Assembly (NCBI GenBank): GCA_036172245.1
Contig: JAYWIR010000005.1
Coordinates: 1,116,001 to 1,180,000, forward strand
Length of the DNA stretch: 64,000 nucleotides
Origin: Raillietiella orientalis
Taxonomy: Eukaryota
Reading direction: 5' to 3'
Below, piece by piece: positions 9,137 through 22,268 of the stretch. Under the pieces are notes generated by a model that did not search any database, was not told where the DNA came from, and was given only the letters and a program-made list of their open reading frames with translations. The position numbers and the translations under genes were made by a program. Positions within the stretch are counted from its first letter, which is position 1. Each line of letters begins with the position of its first letter.

Positions 9137-10390
9137 CGCTGCGGTTATGCAAGTGAGCTCCCATCACCAGATTTCCAGTTTCCCAGAGGGGCTGGTTCAG
9201 CACTCTGGTGCCACCAATTGAAACAGCTGATTCTTCTCACGAAACCTACCATTTCGGTACGAACCCAGGCGCCAGCAGCCACGGCATGCTCGGACCCTAC
9301 ACCGAACGCGCCAGTTTCCTCCATGTTGGTGGCGCATCGAACAAGGAGCTCTCGTGGGCGGTACACAAGTCGTAAAGAAAACGTCCCGACCGGACCGGTC
9401 TCTGGGCTTTCGTAATGGGCAACCCCGGCCGCACATTATAAAGTCGAATGACTCTCGGCCCAGTCTCGGGACAATCTCGTCGCAACCCCACCGACACCCC
9501 AGAATTTTCACTTTACACCACAGGTGCGCGTGGGGCCACAGATTTCCGTGAATCGAATCTCTGCCGGTAGCCCCGACTTGGATTTTCAACGATTTTCATA
9601 AGCTACACGTCACCGACGCTCGACACTGTTGGAATATTACATATTCATGAGGACTCCATGCATGCGTGGCGTTCATGCACTCAGCTGCAACTACCACCAA
9701 AGATGCAATTTTCAATATTGCCAGTCTCGCACGCCCACTTAGGTAATCATCATCCATCACCACATTGGTCTCGTGACACATCTGAAGAGCCAGTCGCGAT
9801 GTGGGGGAATTCTCCTGTGATTATTCTTGACCTGCAAATGAATCGAGGCGAAATGAGAGTTCAGTGGGGTGGGGAAGCGGCGATCCGTCAGCGGGAGGAA
9901 AGCAAACGGGAGCGGGGGTACTCCTGACTGCCGCAGGCGTCGCTGGGTTCGCCTCGAGCTCGCGGAGCGCCGCCATCTGCCGGGAGTGCTGCCAACTAAC
10001 TCGTCGTTGCGGCGAACCCTGGCCTCCGGCCCGCTCTCGCTTCTTCTGGAGACGGCGATCCTGTAGTGGAAGAGCCCGCGCAAGGCTGCAGGCGAGCGGG
10101 GACCCTCCTGAGATCGAGAGCATGCGGGCCAGGAGCCGGTGGCTTGCAATGCGTGCCACCGGCCCCTGCAGCAGCCGGTAACGACCTTTGACCGTCCATC
10201 TCCCTGGCGCCGTCGGCTGGACGCCCCGGCATCTTTCGACGGGCAACCCGGGACCCAAGGACCGCATCCCCGGGAGCAAGGAGGGACAGCAGCTTTCGCC
10301 AGTCATCTTTTATTTCAATCAGCTGGGTGCTGGAGGCCACGAAAGCGGAGCGCCATTCCGACTTCCCGCGTTGCGCTGCGGGCGTCGCCT

Positions 10391-13300
10391 TCAGGTGAAG
10401 GCCCTGGACGCACGCTCCTGCTTGCTGATCAAGGCTTCCAGAAGGCGTAAGCGGCTCTTGACCAGCCTGTACATGCTGTACATTTCCTCCAATCCGTCGC
10501 GATCTTCTTTTTGCGCCACCCTGCCGTGGATTTGATAGAAGGCGTCCTCGTACTCTCTGAGGATCCTCCGCAACCGTTTCTTCTCCTCCTTGGCGAGATA
10601 CTGCTCCGACAAGAGTTCGTCCCTGTAAAGACAACACACCCCGTGTCCATGTGCGGAGGATGGAGGCGGGAGGAGGAGCAATTGGCGCCGAGCAATTCAA
10701 GCTCGCGGAAGACAAGCGGACTGTCCGTCGCTTGGGACAGCCCCCCAGAGAGAGAGGAAGGGTGGGGGAAGGAGCAGAGGTGGGAAAAGGGCAAAGCATG
10801 AGAACCCAGCCGCCGGGACGCTCGTATGGTTGGCGGGTGAAGGCAGCGCCCCCGAGAGGTTCGCTGCTCAATGAAGAGGAAGCTGAGCTCAGGCAACCAC
10901 CGCCCCCGCAAGGCGTTTTTCTCTCGGACGACAAGTCGCCGCAACCTCCGACGCTTTGCTCGCGCAAGGACCGCGGGGTCGAGGTGCGCCGCCGGCTCGC
11001 GGGGGTGTGCGACAACAACCAACTCTTTTTCGTGTGTGCTTTCAGACCCTTTTTGCTTTCTTCCGAGGGCAGCAGCACCTCGCCAACTTTTCACGCTTCG
11101 ACTCACCATCGTGCTGGAGATGTGCGCCATCGCGTGCACTGCGAGCCGCGAGCGCAGTCCGCATTCGCTCAGCGCAGTAAGTGGCGGGGGTCGCCGCCTT
11201 TGCGCGTTGCTTTCCAGTGTCCCGCGGAAGATCGCAGTGGGGAGGGGTGATAGAGAAGGCACCTGCCCCGGGTGAGCTCAGAGGGCTGCTTCGGGCTGTC
11301 GGAGCTCCGCACCCGCTTCGGAGGGGGAGGGAGGGGAGGAGGATGGGGTGGAGCCGGGAGAGTCGTTTCCTCCTTCACGGGCGTCGGCAGGTCGGAGGAG
11401 GGAAAGACGAGGGCGCGTTCAAAGGTCGGGCTGGGAGTGCGGCCGAGGGCGGAAGCGTGGAATGAAACGAGAAGCCGGAAGGAGGTGGCTCGCCGAATGC
11501 AGCTCCCTCCGTGAGGGGGGAAGGCTGGGGGGGAAGGGGGGGCAGCGACAAGACAGCAGCCGTGGGAACGCGACGGAGGCGAACAATCGGGGGGAGGGGC
11601 GCGGCCGTTTGCTTTTCTTCGTTTCCCCAATCGCGCGGCAGCGGAAACGGGGAGCCGACTTCCGGAGACGGCGGAAACGCGGGAGGGGGAGGAACAAGAC
11701 CTGCCGGAAGGAAGGACGGTCGCGCGGAGGCCGGGAGAGGGACTGAAGCGGGAAATCCCCCTCGCCGGGAAGCGAAGGAAGCCGAGGGGGCCTCGAATGC
11801 CTGCTGACGGTAGCTCCCCCGGTCGTCCTCGACGAAAGGAGCAGGCAGGGGCCGGGATGAAGGGCGCCGCACTCACAGGGACAGAGAATGTATGTTCCTG
11901 GACCAGGTGGCCGAGGTCGCGGAGCGTTCGCTGGAAGGGGAGCGGGCGGCGCCGGCGCCGCGCCGCCTGGACCCGTGGCGCGGCGAGGCGAGGGTGAAAT
12001 CCATGGCCACGTTCTCCAGGATTGGCTCCAGCTCGTCCTGCGGGTGCCGGGAGGGCGGTGAGAGGGGAAGGGAAGAGGGGGAAGGCGCACCTACCGCAGC
12101 CTCCTCCGCAGCCGCAGCGGCGGCCGCCGTCCGCAGGAGGGCGCGCTTGATGCTGCGGAAGTGCTCGCAGGCCGAGCCGGAGAGGTGATCGCCGTCGTCT
12201 TCCGGGAGTCCCGCCGCGCGGCGACCCTTTTTCTCACGCTTCTGGAGCAGCCTCTGACGAGCAGCACGGCAACAACGAGACGAGGGAAGGGAGGAGAAGA
12301 AAAAAAAACACCCCAAAAAACAAAAAGGGAAGAGGGAATCAAAGATAGCGAAAGAACGACGACGGGTCGAACCTGCTCGATCCCGGCGACGATCTCACGG
12401 GCGACGCTAGGGCTCGCAGCCGCTGCCAGGCGCCCTCGCGGCCCCCCCCACTCCCTGCGGACGGGTCCCAGGACGCGCCGCGGGCGCAGCTCTTCCAGGC
12501 GGTCCAGCTTGGCCAGGCGGTATTCCGTCTGCAGGTCCAGGTCCTCCTCTTCCTCCGAGGGTCTGCGCTGCTGCAGGCGGCCGCTGGGGAGGGACGGAGG
12601 GGCTGAGAGGCGGGGCCGGAAAGGGGCTGCCTACCTGTGGGAGCGCTTCTTGCTCAGCTGCCGCTGCTCGCCGCAGCAGTCGACGACGCCCTTCTTGCGG
12701 AGGCCCCTAGAGGGGGCAGCGAAGGCCTTGGACGACAGCAGCTCCTCCCCGCCCTGAGAGGCAAAGGATACGGCCTTCGCTCCGGCGATCCCGCCGCCCA
12801 CCCGAGCACCTTACCTGCGCGTAGTTCTCGACATAGGACCTCAGTTTCCTGCTGACCACCGGCTCCTCATCGGACGAGAAGTCGAAGGGCCACGTGAGGG
12901 ACGAGGAGGACGAAGGGCCCCTAGCCCCGCCCTGCTCCCCACCGCCGCACGGCACCGGGAGAGCCTCGGCGAAGGCCGCCGCCTGCAGGTCCTGCTCCCG
13001 TTCGCCCGCCAAGCTATGCAGGTTACCTTGGGAACGGAAGAGCGCCGTCTCCTGCGGGGAAGGAGTCCGCGATGAGAGGCATTGGGGGATGGGATCGCAT
13101 CGGGGGCAGAACTCTCGAAGGAGGGGGGGGGGGGGAGAAAGACGTACCGGAAAGGCGGAGTCCCGTAGGAGGAAATGCCGGCTGCCCTTCGGGCTGCGCG
13201 GGAAGGACTCGAAGCGGCCCGAGTAACGCCAGCGCTCCGGGCAGTCTTCGTCATCCGCCCGCTGGCGGCACTCCTGCGCCTCCCTAGACAGGGAGGAAGG

Positions 13301-16104
13301 GCCGGGCGCGAGGCGCCCCCGGCTAGCCGCGCCGCCCCTGTCGTCACGGTGGACCTCCACACAGATGGGCAGCGAGCGGGGGTTATCCTGGGGCCTGCAA
13401 CAGAGCGGAAGGAACATTCACTGGCGATCTCTGCGCGCGCAAAGCAAGGGAAGGAGCCGGGCGACGAGGCGGCGCTGGGCGCGCTTCATCCTCTCCCCCC
13501 CTGGCGCAGAGGGTGAGCAGCGAATTTCGAGTCCCTCCTCACCGACGCCGCGAGCGGCCGGCTCTCCACCCAAGCGGGGTGTCCGCATCCGAGAGGGCGT
13601 TGCTCCCTGGAGAAAGAAAGTTCTTTGCCCTGGCCCCGGGCAAGGTTGTGCACGACAGCGAGGGCACAGAAAGAGTCCTCAAAACAGCAGGAAGTCGGCG
13701 CTGACACCCCGCCTCTGCTACTGCTGCGGCTAGGAGCGAAGAAGGGAGCGACCCTTCCTGGGGCATCCTCTCCTTCCGTCATCAACCAGCCCCGCACAGC
13801 AACGGACGGAAATGCCAGGAAGGGAGGCACAGCCTGCCGGATCGCTCGCAGCACCGCCTCGCGGCGTTGAAGAGAACTACTCGGACTCCCTCGACCACAG
13901 GCATCCCGGCGAACCGCGCGCGCGCGCGCGCTGACCCGGTACGCCGCCGCCGTGGGTTCGCTCGCCGTGGATGCAGAGCCTTTCCCACCCCCTTTTCTCC
14001 TTCCCGGGCACGGAAAGGTCAGCGGGTGACTTGGGGATCGGAGGGGAAGAAGTTCCTTTATCCTCCCAGAGAGTGAGCCACTGGAACGCCGGCGCGCGCG
14101 TTCCGGTGGCGCGCGCGCGTTCCTCGTGTGTCCTCCCTGCCATCCGAGTGGTGCCCGTGGTGGATCGGCGACACGTCGGTTGCCGCGCTCCGCCACCTCC
14201 GTGGGGGAGCTTCTGCCCCAGCAGTCACCGCCGCCGCAACGCAGCAACCAGTGGCACGCACTGGCAGCTTGCGGGACTCGCTGCGGCTCCTCCCCGGAGG
14301 AACCAGTAAACGGCGCAGCCCCGGACACGGTCGGGAAGAACCGTTCCGTCCTAGAGAACCACCGCTTTCTCCAGCCGCGCCTTCCCCACGGATCCAACTC
14401 CCAAGGTCTCCCGATACAGGGAAGGGTTGGCCACGTTCCGGCCCGATTCCTTGTTTCCGAGGAAACGTAGCGGCGGGGCTCTAGATGCGCCCCAGGACGC
14501 CGTTACAGAGGGATGGCATCGCCCCCCGGGACGCAGGACAATACTACCGCCACCAGGAGGCGCGCGCGCTCGAAAGTGGGTGGATCGGTGTGGCTGCTAC
14601 GGGTCGGAAGTGACTGCGCTGTGACGGGAATTGGCAAGGAACGACTGTGGGAGCCAGGGAGGTCCGAAGGTCCGTGGCGCAAGAGCCGTTGCGACGGGGC
14701 TGCATGCCCTCCCGTCTATGGATTGAAAGGAGGACTGTACCCACCCCCCTTCCGATAAACCGCCGACGGACAAGGCGAAAGCCGGCTAGCGGAAGCTTCT
14801 CGTCCTCGGACATTTCGGTTGATCCCCCGCGAGATGTCGCTCCTCTGGCCGGGCCGAGCACGAGTTCCGTCCGGCCCAGGAAGCATGGAGGCAAAACTCC
14901 TCCTACCGGAAACCGCCTGGAGGAGCGCGCCTCCCCGCGGAGGGAGGCGGCGGCCGGCGGCAGGACCGGAAACTCAGAGCAGAGATGAAGTCCAAACGGA
15001 GAGCGGACGACTGGGTAGGCCGTGCGTCCGGACGGCGCGCGGGCCAGCCGCGCCCTCCTTAGTGCGGCCGCATGACGGCGGTTCTCCTCCGCACCCCCTT
15101 TCCCCCTCTTCCTTTCGCACGCCCACCACGCGGAAACATCCGAGGCTCGAGGGGGGCCGTGGGACGGCACCGCTCTTCGCCAACGTGGGAGGGCGCCACT
15201 CACCCGCGTAGGAAGGTCTCCTCGTACGTGCTGATGAGGTGTACGAACACTCGATTCGTTGCCACCCGTTCGTGAGATCCTCCGCACACACGGAAGAAGT
15301 CGGGTCCGAAAAGGCCCGCGAGCAGGGAGGCGCTCGCCATATTGTGAACCTGATACTTGGAGACGCGGTTCAGAAACCCGCAGAAGTACTTCAGGGTGTT
15401 GTAGTTGATGACGGGCATGGAGCCCAGGAGGGCGCGTAGCCGCTTGATGAAGAGCACGTGGTTGGCGCAGCAATCTGCAAAGGTGGAGGCGACGGGTCAA
15501 GTCGACAGGGCGGGGCGGGGTGAGGCCCGCGCGGTACCTTTCCAAATGGCCACGAATGTGGCATTCAAGACGGGCGGGATGACGGGCTGCGGGAGCTCGT
15601 GTAAGAACAGTTTCAGTAGGGAAACAGCGGCGGGAACGTCGATTTCCTCGGTGAGGGTCACATCCGTGTGATCGTCGAAAGCCTGGCGCAGCTGCTGGAC
15701 CCGCTCGTAGCTGCCGGCGATCCGAAACAAGCCCTGGATCCGCAAACCTGCAGCAGCAAGGAAAACGGAAAAAGGGGGGGTAGAGGGCCGCTTTCCCTCG
15801 CCTCCCCTCCTCCCCTCCTAAGGGCGGCGGGCCCACCTTGCTCCTCGATGAAGGTGCACAGCCGCACCATGATGAAAGGCACTTGGGGGTCCCGCGGCGC
15901 GTCCGAGTGGGAAAGCAGGGAGTGCAGCTCGACCCCGAACACGGGGCGCTTCCTGGCGTCCGGGTGCTCGCGCGCGGGCCGCTGCCGCAGGCCGACTCCA
16001 TCATCTCCTTGCTCATTGTCGTCCAAACCAATGGGAACGGGGAAGCTGCTGCCTTCCCAGTCGTTCCTCCTCTTCTCGTCGACGCAGAGCGCCGGTCTTC
16101 GCAT
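10391..16104 (-). CDS. FAM13: FAM13-family Rho GTPase-activating protein (RhoGAP domain plus C-terminal FAM13 coiled coil), at least 10 exons, about 704 aa in the minimal model
   Basis: Phase-consistent GT-AG exons: 16104-15837, 15747-15538, 15474-15204, 13394-13148, 13051-12815, 12753-12635, 12583-12373, 12253-12095, 12037-11877, 10622-10391. RhoGAP motifs are FGVELHSL...GLFRIAG (Arg finger), SLLKLFLHELPQPVI and LAGLFGPDFF. The C-terminus NIHSLSLDELL...EEKKRLRRILREYEDAFYQIHGRVAQKEDR...YRLVKSRLRLLEALISK matches the FAM13A/B tail. The start codon and any extra exons in 13395-15203 are uncertain. Confidence 0.9.
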
Positions 16105-19100
16105 TCTTCGAAACACGTCCAACAAAAGCGGGCAGCACAACCACTTATCCAACGTAAAAGAAACGAAACGTCCGTGTCACAGAAACCACGCTTGGGAGAC
16201 CTCTTTGTTTCCGAAAGATTAGCGCCGAGTTCGTGCGTGCATCGCCAGGATCACAAGAACCTCAGGGCACTAGGATTCAGCGTTCCCAAACAGCACAGAC
16301 AAAAAACTTCCTTTTCGAGGAGGAGTTGGCTGCCGATGCTGGTCGTGCTGAGACGCTGCCGAAGACTTTTTTGAAAACGGCGCAGGAAATTTTCTCTTAT
16401 GGCTGCTTCAGGGACCGCGTGGACACCAAACGTAACGTCAGCATTTAGCTCAAGAAAGGGGTCGTGACATCAAGGCTTTCCTGGAAGACAAGACACAGGG
16501 GAATGCGTCGTCCACGCTTCGGCGACGCAGAGGTTTATCTGGGACGCGGCGCCAGGTCACACTTCCCGGCAAGGCTGGCGCGCGCCCTCAAGCCGCTGAA
16601 GAGTCCAAAGCTTTCGCGAGGACCTCCATAAAAACGGGATGAGCTGCGTGCAGCGGCAGCGGCAGCAAACACGCCGAGAACAGGCAGACTAGCTCACCAC
16701 GACCGCACTGGAAAGTAGGCGACCCGAGGCGGACGACCCCCTTGCTCCGTGCTAGAAGCGCGATGCTTGTCGGAGGCTCTTTGGCTGAGCAAAGGGCTGA
16801 CCCGTGCAGGTCCCCCTTTCGCTTGCGCGACGACCCTGTTCTAGGCACTCCCCAAGCTCTCAACCCATTGTTTCCTTTCGTGAGCAGGATGTGCGAGGAG
16901 CGAAACGAAACGAAAGGTCACACGCACACTGAGACTCGAAACGGACCCCCAATTCAACACGAGGAATCAGTCGTCTCTCCGGCCGCTCTGGCAGTCGCGG
17001 AGACCTTTGCCCATCGGCGTTCCTCTCTCCAGAGCCCAGCAGTAGGACGCCTGCGAACCTCTCCTCTCATCCCACACGAGAATGACGAACCATCCCCCCA
17101 CGGAAGGCGGGAATGCGTGGCGGCCCGCTAACAAAGAAGAGAACTAAGAAAGTGGGGCTGTCTGCGACTCCCAAAACAGTCGGCGGGAGCAGACGGTAGA
17201 AACGGAAGGAACGCTGCAGAGCGGAACGCAGCGAGGAGAAGGGGACATTCCGAAAAACCGCCGCTCGTCGATGACCAACCACACATTTCGGATTGCCGAA
17301 GCCCCTGGACTCGAATTCCGTAGCAGTACCAGGATGGTAACCACGCCCCGGAGTAGAGAGGAGTTCTCACGCAGCTCCCAAAGGACTGCAAAGGGCGCCT
17401 CGCATCGGCGTGTCCGATCCCGGATGGTGTCTCTCGGGGAGTTTCGCTCGTCCCTGCGCGACGGCGGCCCACGCACTGCCAACCTACGAAAACGCCCGCG
17501 CCGAAATTGAACTGCGGGCTCTGGTCGCGCAGGAACCGTGCAGCGATGTCGCATCAGACGGTCGAAGGAACGGAAGGGATGCCCAGCCCTGCGTGGCACG
17601 CTAACGAAATCCAGGACACACGCCACCATCATCGGAGAGAATGGATCAGAAGTAGGCCAAAGACGGAAGGACGCACAGGACGTTTCCCCCTCCCTACACC
17701 TGATATCAGTAGCGGAAAGGTCTCCGAAGACGGCGGCATCGCGGTGTGCGGCGAGGCGTGAGAAAAGTATCCACAGCGAAGGGAAGGGGGGGGGGGGGAT
17801 CGCAACAGAGATGCGCTCAACATGCCAACGCGACATTCCGTCGTGATCTTCGCGTTCCTCCGAAAACAAAACAGAAGCCCAGAACAAAAGACACCTGAAA
17901 AATCCTCACGCTGCTGCTTCGTTTGGCGAACTAACCCACGAATCAAAGCAGCAGCATCTTCGAAGATGGATCTGCATCCGGGAAGCTTTTCTGCATCGAG
18001 CAAATCTCTCGAGACTCCGCGAAAAAGACCAACTGCGCCTGGGCAGCGAGAAGGTGGGTAAGCAGGGGCAGCGAGTCGGAAACGGACCATTCTCCGGGAA
18101 GGAAGAGTTTCACAGCTTCCACGTCGATTACGGACGGACGAGACCGACCACGAGGACTGCCGGGCGTGGCCGCCGGATCGTTCCAAGGAGGGCCGCACCA
18201 AGGAGACGTCACCCGAAGAGCAGTTCAGAACCGTGCGCTGATTATTTCCGCGCGTCCAGCTGTCCCGGCAGCCACCTCGCGGTGACACAATTTGCAGCGA
18301 TGCAAAGAACAAGAACAAATAATCGATGCGCGTGTTCTCTCTTCCTTTCTGGATTCTTTTTTTTTTTTCCTTTCTTCTTTGTCTTTTCTTTCGACAGCTG
18401 CGTCGACTCACCATGTTGCACATCACGAGCAGGACGGGTGGGTCAGGGCTGCCCTCTTGCTTCACGCATGCACGGCATCCGCGCCTCGGCCGCTCTCTTG
18501 AGAGACGGACCGGAATCTCTTCGGAAAGACTACGAGACGGACCTACGAGAAGCTCCTCCCCTCCCCAGCCTCTTCGCTTGGAAGATTCGGAGGGGAACCT
18601 CTGCGAGAGCGCGGTCCTCTCTCGAATAGGTTCGTTGCTTCGCCGCTGCTGGAGACAAGCGTCCGGGGTTCACGAGTGCGCACGTCCGAGCACGCGTCCG
18701 CCGCAGGAGCAGTAAATCCGGCTGCATCGCAAATGCGTGGCCGGCGCTCCATCCGAGAGCGTGAAACCAGCGAACAACAGCTCGGGAGAGAGAGAGACAG
18801 AGAGGGGGGGCACCCAGGTCCTCAGGAGGGTGTTTCCTCCTTGCTTAACGGTCCCTACTGCATGAATAAAAATGATAACCTATGACGCGCCGGCAGGGTT
18901 ACCATCCGCTCGTTTCCGCAACTTTCGCGTTTCGCGGGCGGAAAGCCTGTGGACCGCGGCGGCGACCGACGGAAGAATTCCGGCACGTGGGAGCGGAGGA
19001 AACCCCCAAAGCACGAACGTCCAGCGAAACGCGAGGCATCCTGGAAGCGAAATCGGACAGAGGGAAAAACCGAACGGCTGCAGAGGACCGGACGAACCCC

Positions 19101-22100
19101 GGTCCGCACTGCTGCATTCCGGGATCACATTTTCCGGGAGGCGACCCGCGAGCTTCCCTTTGCGGAGACGGGAACAAACAGTAGCGTCCCCCCTCCTCTC
19201 TTCGCTCCTCACCTCGCTGCTTTCCCGGGGGAGCACTCCACCCTCCCTCCCGGGGAAGGTGGTCACCCGCGATGGACTACGCTTCGGGGATCTCCCGAAG
19301 GAATGGGTGCGAGAAGGAGAAAGGATGGATGTTCGCGCGAACCCCTCTCCCCTCCCTTCCGGGAAGATCCGTTTCCGAACCACGCCACTCGCGTACCCGT
19401 GGCAACGGGCACGTTTCCCTGTAGGAAATCTCCGAGGATCACTCAGGAAACGCAGCCATCCTCTCGTGGCCTTCTGAGTGTGCAGTCTTCCCGGACCCCA
19501 CCGGCGGTACCGCAGTCTCTGGTGACACCAATGCCCGATTGACTTCGGAAAACGCAAAGTGCACCCCCCACGGCACCTGTAATCCTCTGCGGGGATAAGA
19601 GATGCTGCCCGGCTCCCCCATACTAAAACCTTTCCTCACGTCTAATCACCAAACTCAGCCGGCTAAATCCACTGAGCCCTGTTAAAAAAAGAAAGAAAGC
19701 CGCTCCACCCGGCACGAAACGCAAGGGAAATCCATAAAGATGAAAGAAGACGTTCTGAAACGCGCGTAGCTGGTGGTGGTTCGCACAGAGGAACTGCCAG
19801 CGACGGCACGAATCCCTTTCGGAAAGAGTTGGCCCGCATGACCCAAACCGCACTTTTCCTCCTCCTAGGACAGGGCAACCTCCTCACGGGCCGGTTTGGC
19901 GCAAAAATGTCAAGAGGAAGAGCTCGAGTGGAAAGCTCCGCGTTCTCAGGAAAGAAATAAAAAAGGAATCGCGTCTCCTTCGGACCGGAGGTTTCTTTCT
20001 TTCTTTGCTTTTTTTTTTTTTTTTTGGCGGGAAATCGAACGTTCCAGAACGGCGGCGGCGGCGAGGATGCGGCTCGTGACCGGATCCGCACCTTCCGCCT
20101 GGAACCACAACGTCACGAAGCGGGAGCGCCCGCAAGAAGATTCCCGGCTGAGATGGACGTGCGCGCGCGCTCGACAGACGAGCAGCTGGCGAAACAAATC
20201 ACACCACCAAGGTGAGACGGCAAGGACCGGAAGACACCGAGGAACAAAACGGGACTTTTTCCTGTTACCTGACAGGACGCTCCACCGCAAGCACACGAGA
20301 TGTCAAACAGAAAGAAGGGACCACAGGCCGCGAATTTCTGCGCCCTCCCCGTGTGCACGGTGCGTTTCGTGGCGGCGGAGCTGGGAGACTCGGTCGGCCT
20401 ACGGCGAAACGAATGCGGAAGGGCGGGGGGGGGGACCACTTTCCCCTTCGTTCCCGACAGCAAGGTGAGCGGGCAGCACGTGCGCGACTTTTCGCATGTG
20501 CTTCGGAGGTGGAAAATCTTTGGGCACCACCGATGGATGACCCGTCACTCCAGGGACCGCGGCGCCGCACGACTTTGCTGCTCGAGCGGCATGGGGGGGG
20601 GGGGGAGACGAAACAAGCCGCGAGCGTCGGTAACCGTTGCCGGCCAACAGCGGGTGCGGTCGCGGTCGCGGACGGGGTTGCTGTGCGACAAGGGACGACG
20701 CGGTTGTCAACGCGCCGTCCCTTGGCGCCGCGTACACCGTCTCTGCGCGCTGCCGCGTGGAGCGAACGCGCGAAGGGGCAGACTCCTCTTCTGCAGACCC
20801 TTGGGGCCCGCGCAAGCTAAAAAAAATCCGACAGCAATCTGCGAGCCCTCTGAAAGGTTCTCGCGTGGCTTTCCGTCGGTGCTGCGCCACGGACGTTCGT
20901 AAGTACCAGAAATGCACGAGAGGGGGGGGGGGGAACACAAACGGTGGCTGCTGCAGCAGGTGCGATCCGCCGCGCGCAGTGAGAGGGCCCCGCCGCTGCA
21001 GCCACCGCGCAAGGCGCACCAGGAGGGCGAACGGCGGTTATGTCCTTGCAGGACGCACAGCTCCTTACCGGAGAAGTGAAGGACACCATGCCGGATAGCA
21101 CACCACTCGCTAAAGGTGTTTTGTTTTGTTTTTTACGACACCACCACTTTCGGTTAAGCGAAAACATTCCACGCGCGTGCCGTTTTTGCACAATTATTTT
21201 TTTCTGACAAGGATGTGCACTGAAGTTGATCACCTCTGAGGGCGGGGGGAGAAAAAAATAAAAGCTTAATTTTCAAGAGAATGCGGAAACGAAAACCGAG
21301 TCAACACCTTTCGGCCACTCCTGAGATAAGGATCTGCAGTGGATATCCTATTTAACGGAAGGCAGGAGATACTATCGGCAGAAGAGATCAGATGATGCTC
21401 TCGATGAATTCATTCGAGACATCCGACGTTCTCGAAGGCGGAAAAAAAAAAAAAAAAAAAAAACTCTCCGACGTCTCCAAATTGACCGGGGAGAGGCCAC
21501 CCCGCGTTTGTACGACTCGGTGGCGCGGCGCCCACGGGATCCATCGCTGGCGTCAAGATGGCACCCACACCCACCCCACCCGACGGCACGAGTCTGCACA
21601 CCACGGACGCACGAGGTACGTCATCTCGACATAACAGCAAGGAACACATACACACACACACATGGGAATAGGCGACCGATCGATCGCACATCTGACGTTT
21701 TCCATCTGGGCAAAGCAAGCACCAACGACGAAGCGGTGTGTGCGCGCGCGATGGTAATTCAGATGAAGACGTACGACGTTCGTGAAGGTCGTCATGGGAA
21801 CTCCTCCGACAAAATTACCCGACGATGCGCTGCTGCTCCTTTACGACCGAATTGATACAGAGGACGTGCTGCACAGCTCGCGAGCAGCAGCGACTTCACC
21901 GATACCATCACAGGAGCTGCTGTTGCTGTTTTTTTGTGGCGCGCGTCAAGGCGAGCAACAGAAAGAGGGGGAGGCGGAGAGGGGATCTTCAAAACTACCA
22001 GAATCAACAGCGAGTCTTTTTTTTTCCAACTCGACTCTGGGCGCGGGCGAAGGCGGCAATTCATGGAAATCGGCCCTACTGCCACTTGGTCGAAACCCAG

Positions 22101-22237
22101 CGACAGATGCTGAGGACGGCGAAGGAACGGGAACCCGGTCCCCGTAGCCCGCGCGGGCGGGCGGCGCCCGCTGCGCCATTCGAACTCGAGCCAAGTCGCA
22201 CCGAGTGAGGGAGGAAGGCTCGGAGAAACCCCGGGCT

Positions 22238-22268
<31 letters not shown>

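Noticed and set aside
9140..9800. Lower-GC block considered as a DNA-transposon remnant
   Set aside because: No transposase motif, TIR or TSD recognised.
14544..16031. 495-aa ORF and other long ORFs (9996..11078, 41889..42986, 25749..26594)
   Set aside because: Arg/Pro/Gly/Ala-rich off-frame or antisense readings of GC-rich DNA. The conserved protein lies in other frames split by introns.
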